From the NCBI RefSeq assembly GCF_009914755.1, contig NC_060930.1: a stretch of DNA of 64,000 bases; one strand, 5' to 3'. The first letter of the stretch is position 1. Every line of letters starts with the position of its first letter. This DNA comes from the human T2T-CHM13v2.0 reference genome, Homo sapiens. This document shows, one piece after another, positions 55,522 through 64,000 of this stretch. The position numbers and the translations under genes are program-made. The notes under the pieces were generated by a model, which did no database searches, was not told the origin of the DNA, and saw only the letters and a program-made list of their open reading frames with translations.

Positions 55522-55690
55522 TTTCGACACACCATCCTTGGCCTTCTTCCACTGAATAACCCCTCCTCAGCCTCTGAGATCTTCTGGAGAACTATGCGTC
55601 CACCAGCCAGTCTCTCAGCCCTCTCCTCCCGCCCCCTCATCCTTTCTCCAACCAGGCCCAGCTAAGTGCCTCTCCGTTGTTTTCCTAGAG

Positions 55691-57952
55691 TGGCAGTTCT
55701 CAAAGTCTCCAAGAGAGTTTCATTGGGTCCACCAGGATAAAACTATCTTCACACAAATGCTAACACAACATTTGCCTTTTTCACTGTGTTGACATTTGCT
55801 CTCATGATTCTGAAGCATCAGTGGGCGAAACTGCTGGTGCCCAGCAGGAGTCAAGGCAGTGGCACCAAAATGAACCAATAGTTACTGTAGTAATCATCAT
55901 GATGTACCCACAATGAAAAATATTAATTTTATTAAATTTTGGCCCTCAAGTATACATCTTTTAATATTCTGAGTACCTAAATAGGATATAACATAAAACA
56001 TTCCTGCTGCATACTGAAGTTTGATATTGTCTTAAAGATGTGCATGATGTCTGAGTTGAAAGCAGAACTAGTTATTTTTTTCTCATGGAACACCATTTTT
56101 ACTCGAAAGAATAATTGAGAGACACACTATGGTTATTCAGACTTGGGTACTTGGCAGACATTTCAAGGAAAATTCTCACTTCAAAAAAAAAAAAACTATT
56201 GGCAGTATTTGTTGCCAATTATAAAATTTGAGCTTTCAAGGGAAAACTAGAATTTTGGTAGACATGTATCTGCCACAACGAATTTAAAGACAATTCTAAT
56301 CTGTGATGAGATTACAGCAACAATATTGATGAATGTGGTTTTCAAAAATGTTGCATAATAAAATGTGTCAATATTTGAAAATTCTGTGTAATTCAGTGAA
56401 ACTGTATTTTCTAAAAGACTGTGTCATAAAATCATACATGGGAAAAAGAGCAATTCAAAATGCAAAATAGATTAACAGAATTCATTGTAAGAGTACAGAA
56501 AGTTCACTAATACAGTTTTAGATTTTATATTATAAGTAACCTTTGATAAACTACTACTTGTTGTACAACAAAATAGAAAAAAATAAAAAAGAATTAACCT
56601 AATTAGAAAATAGGCAAAAGACTTGAATAGACATTTTTTCAAAGAAGGCATACAAATAGCCAACAACAGATATATGGAAAAATGCTCAATATCACTAATC
56701 ATCAAGGAAATGCAAATCAAAGCCACAGCAAGATATCACCTCACATTTGTTAAGCTAGCAAGTGTTAAAAAGAATGTAGACAATGGAGAACGCTTACAGT
56801 GTTGGTGAGAATGTAAATTAGCACAGCCATTATGAAAAACATATGGAAGTTCCTCAAAAAATTAAAAATAGAGCTACCATATGATCTGGCAATCCCACTT
56901 GTGGTTATTTGTCAAATGGAAATGAAATCAGTATATTGAAGAGACATCTGCACTCCCTTGTTCATTGCAGTATTATTCTAAACAGCCGTGATATGGAATC
57001 AACCTAAGTGTCCATCAGTGAATGAATAGACAAAGAAAATGTGGTATATATACACAATGGAATACTATTCAGCCTTTAATAAGAAGAAAATTCTGTCATT
57101 TGCACAGCATGGATGAATCTAGAGGACATTATGGTGAGTGAAATAAGCCAGACACAAAAAGATACATACTACATGATCTCACTTATATATGGAATCCTAA
57201 AACGGGAGATGTTGGTCAAAGGGTACAAACTTTCAGTAATAAGATGAGAAAGTTCTGGAGTCCTAATGCACAGCATGATGATTGTATTTAATAATTGTTA
57301 TAATAATAATAGTTAATAATTTTAAGTATGCAATACTGCACACTTGAAATTTGCTGAAAAAGTAGATCTTAAATGTTCTAACCACACACACACACACATG
57401 CACACACACACAAGGTAACTATAAAAAACAAAAGACATGAAGGAAACTACTACTATTGAATTTTTATGTATTATCAAAGAAGAATATATGCAATTATCTG
57501 AAATGGCTATTAAAATATTTCTCACTTAGGCAATCTTCTATTGGCATGATGCCAGAATTTCTTCATCTACTTAAAACAATTGCAATGGAATGCAATGGAC
57601 TGAATGCAGACACAGATATGGGAATTCAACTGTTTTTTTTAATTAATCTAAATCTTAAATTGTTTTTTATTAATCTAAATAATAAAAAGGTTTCCCAAAA
57701 TGTAAAATAATGTTATTCTTACCAATAATCTTTTGGTTTTGGAAAATGTAGTTATTTTTCATAAAATATGTTTCTTCTATTAATGGACAATGGGTTTATT
57801 ATTTTTAATCAATAAACATTTTAATTTCTCAGTTTTAATTTCTGATTGATAGATTGACAATTATAACTCATACAAACAAAAGCTCTATGGGGTTCTCAAT
57901 AATTTTTAAGAATGTAAGAAGGTACTGAGACCCAAAGATTTGAGAACTGCTG
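55691..57952. mobile_element. Charlie1-type hAT DNA transposon, interrupted by an L1 and flanked by L2-like DNA
   Basis: TIRs 'gcagttctcaaa' / 'tttgagaactgc'; Charlie1 internal motifs 'ggaacaccatttttactcgaaaga', 'ggttattcagacttgggtacttggcagacattt'. Confidence 0.85.
56564..57443 (+). mobile_element. 5'-truncated L1MA-type element inside Charlie1
   Basis: ORF peptide [18 protein letters not shown]; imperfect TSD aaactactacttgttg / aaactactactattg. Confidence 0.88.
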
Positions 57953-59495
57953 ACCTTTGCATCCATCTTGAGATTTGTATTATACTGAAATTATCTTTCT
58001 TTGTGTTTATCTTTCCACTCCGGCTGTGAATGACTGATGCAAACCACAAATGACGTGTCATTGTGCCTCACGTACCAAGCACAGAATGTAGCATGTACTG
58101 GTGCTTAACAAACATTGATTATTGAGTTCCAAGCTCAATTGGTATAACCTGTTCCCTCAAAGAACTAACTATATCACTGGAGAGTTAGGATATGCACCCC
58201 AAATAGAAAAATTATATATTCTGATTTTATTAAAGTGCCAGATGAGTTATAAGGGCAGAAAAGTAAAAACATTTAGAAATTTGTGAAGATAAAATACCCA
58301 AAATATCTTTATATTTACTGATCCCTGTAAAAATAAGGCTATTTGAAAATTCTAAGAGGTTACACAAATATTTTAAGAAATATTTACAACAAAATTCCAA
58401 CTTATTAAAAGAATTTGGATAGCCTCCTTTGCTTCTTTCTATATACAAAATTAGCTATGATTTTAAACTGTAAAAACTGAAACTTGATCCCCTTGAAAAG
58501 CATTCTAGGATTCTAGCAATACCCAACTATGATCAATTAAAGATAAATTGGTGTTGTGAATTAATGCATTTATATAAGAGAGAAAACATCATAATTTGAA
58601 GCTACTTGTGAACACTAAGCTTGAAATGGAAAAACAAGAGTGTTGCTAGGAAATAAGTGAAAACAATCAGCTATTTTTATAGTCCAGAGCATCTTATCCC
58701 CTTAATGTGTTTTATTTAATTTGTTTATTGCTTTAAAAGACATTATTTCATATTAGAGGCATGATTTGGAATATGTACCTGAACAGCAGACTCTTTTGTG
58801 GAGGGAAATGAGTTTTACTAAAAGATGTCAGCTAATGGAGTCTTCCATTGGCCAAGATAAGTTTATTTTTATTGATGGTAACTATCTAGTCTCTAAGCTT
58901 AAGCAACCCAAACAAGTCCCCGGGCCCTAATAACTGCAACAGGTGTTTCTCAGGCTACCAGCCAAGAGCCACAGAGGGTCATCCTCAGAAAGAAAAGAGC
59001 AGAAATTTGTGACTTGGCTCCACCAGCTGGCTCCCTGGAATGCAGCACTTCCAAATCCCTTCTTCTGGCTCACAGAAAATATCAAGATTTTCCAGCACCT
59101 GCTGCCTTTTCCAGCTGCTGGCTCCTGGCTCCCACTTCCCCAGCCTACACCCAGAAAATCTTTGAGCTGCTCTTGCCCACCCTGCTGCCCACACTGTTTT
59201 CCAGGAAGGCCACATGCCTTCACTTTCTTTGATCTGGTCATTTTCCTCTTCTGTTTTTATGTCCCAAGTTGAAGTAAGACAGCAGCTCTGCCAGTCATGC
59301 ATTTTTTGTGGCTCATGTGCTTTTTGTTGTTGTTTTGCTCCTTTTAAATAGCTCTACTCTTCTAAGGATTCTAGCAGTTATCCAAAGAGTTCCAGACTTC
59401 AAAACAATTCAGCAACACAACACAGTGTTCTTAAACAAAGGGGTTGATTGCCTTTTAGTTCAGTGTCAGTGGGTAAACTCCTTGAGATTCTTCAT

Positions 59496-59835
59496 TATTG
59501 TGGACTGAACTGTGTCTCCCCAAAAATCATTGAAGTCTCAACTCTCAAGATGACTATATTTGGAGATAGGGCCTTAAAGGAGGTAATTAAGATTAAATGA
59601 GGTCATGAGAGTGGAACCATAAATATAGTAAGATTAGTGTCCTTATAAGAAAAGGATGAGACACAAAGAGCACATGTACACAAAGGAAAGTCCACATGAG
59701 GACACAGTGAGAAGGTGACTGTTTGCAATCCAAAGAGGGAGGGCTTACCAAAAACCAACCCTGCAGCACCTTGTTCTTGGACTTATAGACGCCAGAACTG
59801 TGAGAAAATAAATTTCTGTTGTTTAAGTCACCCCT
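59496..59835 (+). mobile_element. MLT1B-like LTR, 3' end truncated
   Basis: 'tggactgaactgtgtctcccc...tttggagatagggcctt...aataaatttctgttgtttaagtcac'. Confidence 0.87.
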
Positions 59836-60597
59836 TGCTGACTATTATCCCCTCTGAAACAAATGTACAAAAAGGAGAGCCAAGAGAACAGGAGGAGTCG
59901 TTATAATGGACAGAAAAACTTCACAACATTTCTGGAAAACCGAAGATGGACAAAAACTTACAGATAGATGAAATGACCAAAGAGGTCCACAGCCCAGACA
60001 TAATTATGAGGAGGCAGCAGTATAGATGACAAGAAATGCCCTGTTGTAACTCCTGCAGGATGGAAGTGAGAAGTTACACTTTCATCCTCCTCCCCAAATC
60101 CTGCATCTAAAGCAAAGTCTGTTAGCATTTTCCCCTAAAGACTGAATAAAACATTTGAAGATAATTAAACTTTTTAGCTTAGTGACTCAAAATGAAAACT
60201 CTCTCTTTCTAACATGTGAACCTCTGTAGCCTAACAACTGACTTCTTACACATTTACCTGAACACAAATGCTATTAGTCAACACCACACAGAGTTTCTAG
60301 ACAGAATTCATACTGAGAAGAGAGATTTTGAGGTAGGAAATCTTAAACAAGAGCAGAGAAAACTCAAATATATGCAGTCTTTCTGACTTAAAACAAGTGC
60401 ATAAGCAATGGTTACCAGGTATTGAACTAGCAGCAGTAAAGAAAATCAATAACATAAATAAAAAATGACACTGGAAGAAATAGAGATAATTCAGGAAAAA
60501 GAAGAAAACTTTTAAGAAATATTCAAATGTATATGCTTTTTAAAAGATGAGCCATAAAACATGAACAGGATATTATGAAAAAAGAACAAAACCTTCT

Positions 60598-61490
<893 letters not shown>

Positions 61491-61789
61491 ATCTGAAAGA
61501 TTAAGTTTGGTTAGTTACATTTTAATAACTCAGCAGAAATATCCAATATAATTAGTGAACACAATTTTTTAAACCCCCAGAATATAGAGCTAAAAGATAG
61601 TCAGAAAATATGAGAGAAAAGACAAGGGAAATTAAAGAGTTTTGTCCTCTAAAAAATAAAGATGTAGGAACAATAAGGAGTTTACTTTGGGAGAATACAA
61701 GAATGAGAGAGAAGGGATGTAGGAAGAGGAAGGGCATGAATAACTTTGGTAGAAATTAAAATGTTTTTTGCTTGGGTCTTTATGTATTT

Positions 61790-62545
61790 TAAGACCCTGG
61801 AGGTTGGCCATTTGCTAATTACGTGACCTTAAAACAAGTTACTATTCCTCTGGGATTCTCAACTCATCTATAAAATAAGGAAAATAAAAACCTCCCATCA
61901 CATCACTTGTAAAGATGAAAGGAAATAATGCAGCTAAAGCACTCTCATGGTCAATGTTATGTGTCAACTTGTCTGGGATAAGGGATGCCCAGATAGCTGG
62001 TAAAACATTATATTTGGGTGTGTCTATGAAGGTATTTTCAGAAGACATTAGCATCTAAATCAACAGACTAAGTAAAGAAGATCACCTTCACCAATATGTG
62101 TAGGCATCATCCAATCTGTTGAGTCCTCAAAAAGAACAAAAGTTGGATGAGGGGTGATTTCATTCTCTCTTCTTGAGCTGGTATATTCATCTGCTCCTGC
62201 CCTTGGACATCAGAGCTACTGATTCTCAGGCCTTCAGACTTAGATGGGAGTTACACATTGGCTCCCCTGTTTTCCAGGCCTTTGGACTTGGACTGGAAGT
62301 ACAACGCTGGCTTTCTTTGGACTCCATCTTGCAGACAACAAGTAGTGGGATTTCTCAACCTCCATGATCTCTTGAGCCAATCCCTCATAATTAATCCCCA
62401 TGTATCTATATAACTAACACATATATATTTATATAGATAGATAAATGCATATCCTACTGGTTCTGTTTTTCTGGAGAACCCTGACTAATACAACTACTTA
62501 GCACAGGGCCTGGTACAGAGGTAAACTCAACTAACATTAATACTA
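61790..62545 (+). mobile_element. MIR split by MLT2B
   Basis: 'gtgacctt...ctcatctataaaataagg...aaagcac' then 'cttagcacagggcctggtacagaggtaaactcaa'. Confidence 0.65.
61943..62492 (+). mobile_element. MLT2B-type ERVL solo LTR
   Basis: 'atgtgtcaacttg...gatgcccagatagctggtaaaacatt...ctggagaaccctgactaataca'. Confidence 0.9.
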
Positions 62546-63207
62546 TGTGTATAGCTTTTACAAATTACTCACTTGATAAACCCTTCAGTAAGTGCCCGAA
62601 GATTATTTCCACATCATAACTTTGCATTTTCTCATGTCAGGGTAAGCAGTGCCTTTCCTCCCTAATTTGAGGGATTAAAGTGCAACTCCAGTTCCCAGGA
62701 ATTGTGGTCCTTAGCCTTGCCACAGACGTGGAACACTTTGTAATATGACTTTTGCCATTGAACAATGATTCAAATGTGCATTTAGAAAACTAAGGCAGTA
62801 AGAGCAAAACTGAGTTAAAATATTCAGCCAAAAGGAGACAGAGACATAGATTTAAAAAGAAAGTACATTGCAGCATTTGTTTCACAAGAACAAAGTGATT
62901 TATTGAGGGAATAAATCATTAAGGATATTCTTGTTAGCTGTGATTTTAACTTTTAGAATATCTGACATACATTCTTTTGAATGTGAAAGTGCTGATTTCC
63001 CTCGTCACTTTCACCATGAGCACCCCTTCATTTTTACTTTCTTGCCAAGTTGATTACTCAGAAAATTGGATGCTTGATGGTAGCCCGGCAGCTCTAATTC
63101 TTACTTCTCAGACTAGTCTGAACTTGTAGATATAGGCTGCCTGGAAAATCCTTCATCACAACATATTCTTGAATCGCCTGAAGATGAATTTACAATTCTC
63201 ATTTTTC

Positions 63208-63209
<2 letters not shown>

Positions 63210-63243
<34 letters not shown>

Positions 63244-63489
63244 GAGTCTCACTCTGTAGCTCAATGGAGTGCAGGGGCATCTCATCTCACTGCAACCTCC
63301 ATCTCCCAGGTTCAAGTGATTCTCATGCCTCAAGCCTCTCGAGTAGCTGGGATTATAGGCATGTGCCACCACGCGCAGCTAATTTCTGTATTTTTTTTTT
63401 TTTTTAGTAGAAACAGGGTTTTACCATGTTGGCCAGGCTGGTCTCAAACTCCTGGCCTCAAGTGATCCGCCCACCTCAGCCTCCCAAAG
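63210..63489 (-). mobile_element. 5'-truncated Alu (Jb/Sz-like)
   Basis: Long poly-T; perfect 12-bp TSD catttttcactt (63200-63211, 63490-63501). Confidence 0.95.
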
Positions 63490-64000
63490 CATTTTTCACT
63501 TCTTTACATGAGTATTGTACATTTTTAAACTTTATAAAAGTAATACATGGATATCTTTAAATAGTACAAAAAGGAAAAAGTAATCTCCCTTCCCTCTCCT
63601 TAAAGGCTGAAACACTGCTAAGAATTTCTGGTGTACCCTGAAAAAAAACTGTATCTGAATGGAATCTTTCGTTACCACAAGATAAATAGTAATGTGACTC
63701 CAAATAATTAGAACAGTCTAACGTTCATTAAGATACAAACTAGCATTTTATAGAAATTTTATCTGAAAACTCTAGTGCCATAAGGGGTGGCAGATTTTCC
63801 TTTGTGGCTTTTAAGTCCTTTTGTGTACTAGTCCAGCCTGAAACTGAAAATATCTTGATATATGGTCATGGGAAACACTAAACAGGCTCATTTATGGTTA
63901 GAAAAATCTGAATAGAACTTCTTGGTAGTTTGGGGAATTCTGGCAATGAAACTTCACTCAAACAGTTTGATGTTAATTGAGAGACCAAAAACCTTAGGGA

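Noticed and set aside
57625-57685. Short repeat 'tgttttttt..attaatctaaat' twice
   Set aside because: Small AT-rich slippage inside Charlie1 with little information.
58927-59302. Overlapping ORFs of about 105 aa on both strands
   Set aside because: Open on both strands in several frames, reflecting stop-poor composition; no known protein match.

Overview
Primate (human-like), AT-rich, repeat-dense non-coding DNA. I found no supportable protein-coding gene, RNA gene or CRISPR array. The long ORFs in the track derive from L1, Alu, LTR or simple repeats, or match nothing I recognise. The window holds a 5'-truncated L1PA8-like element carrying a young AluY, older L1/L2/MIR/HAL1 fragments, about 18 solo or partial LTRs (MaLR, MLT2A1, MLT2B, MER11, LTR33, LTR47/MER72, MER54-like and an unassigned ERV1-type), and hAT/mariner DNA-transposon fossils. 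The structure not explained by ordinary repeats is (1) four independent, same-orientation, local paired duplications of about 130-170 bp, 1.3-8.8 kb apart and of two ages (about 95% and about 75-78% identity), one with clear microhomology junctions; (2) a 107-bp fold-back hairpin abutting an L1 tail; and (3) a candidate MLT2A1-driven spliced transcript next to an RFX/FOX motif cluster at 13.5-15.4 kb. Subfamily names come from remembered consensus sequences. Identities were counted by hand, and boundaries of old repeats are approximate.
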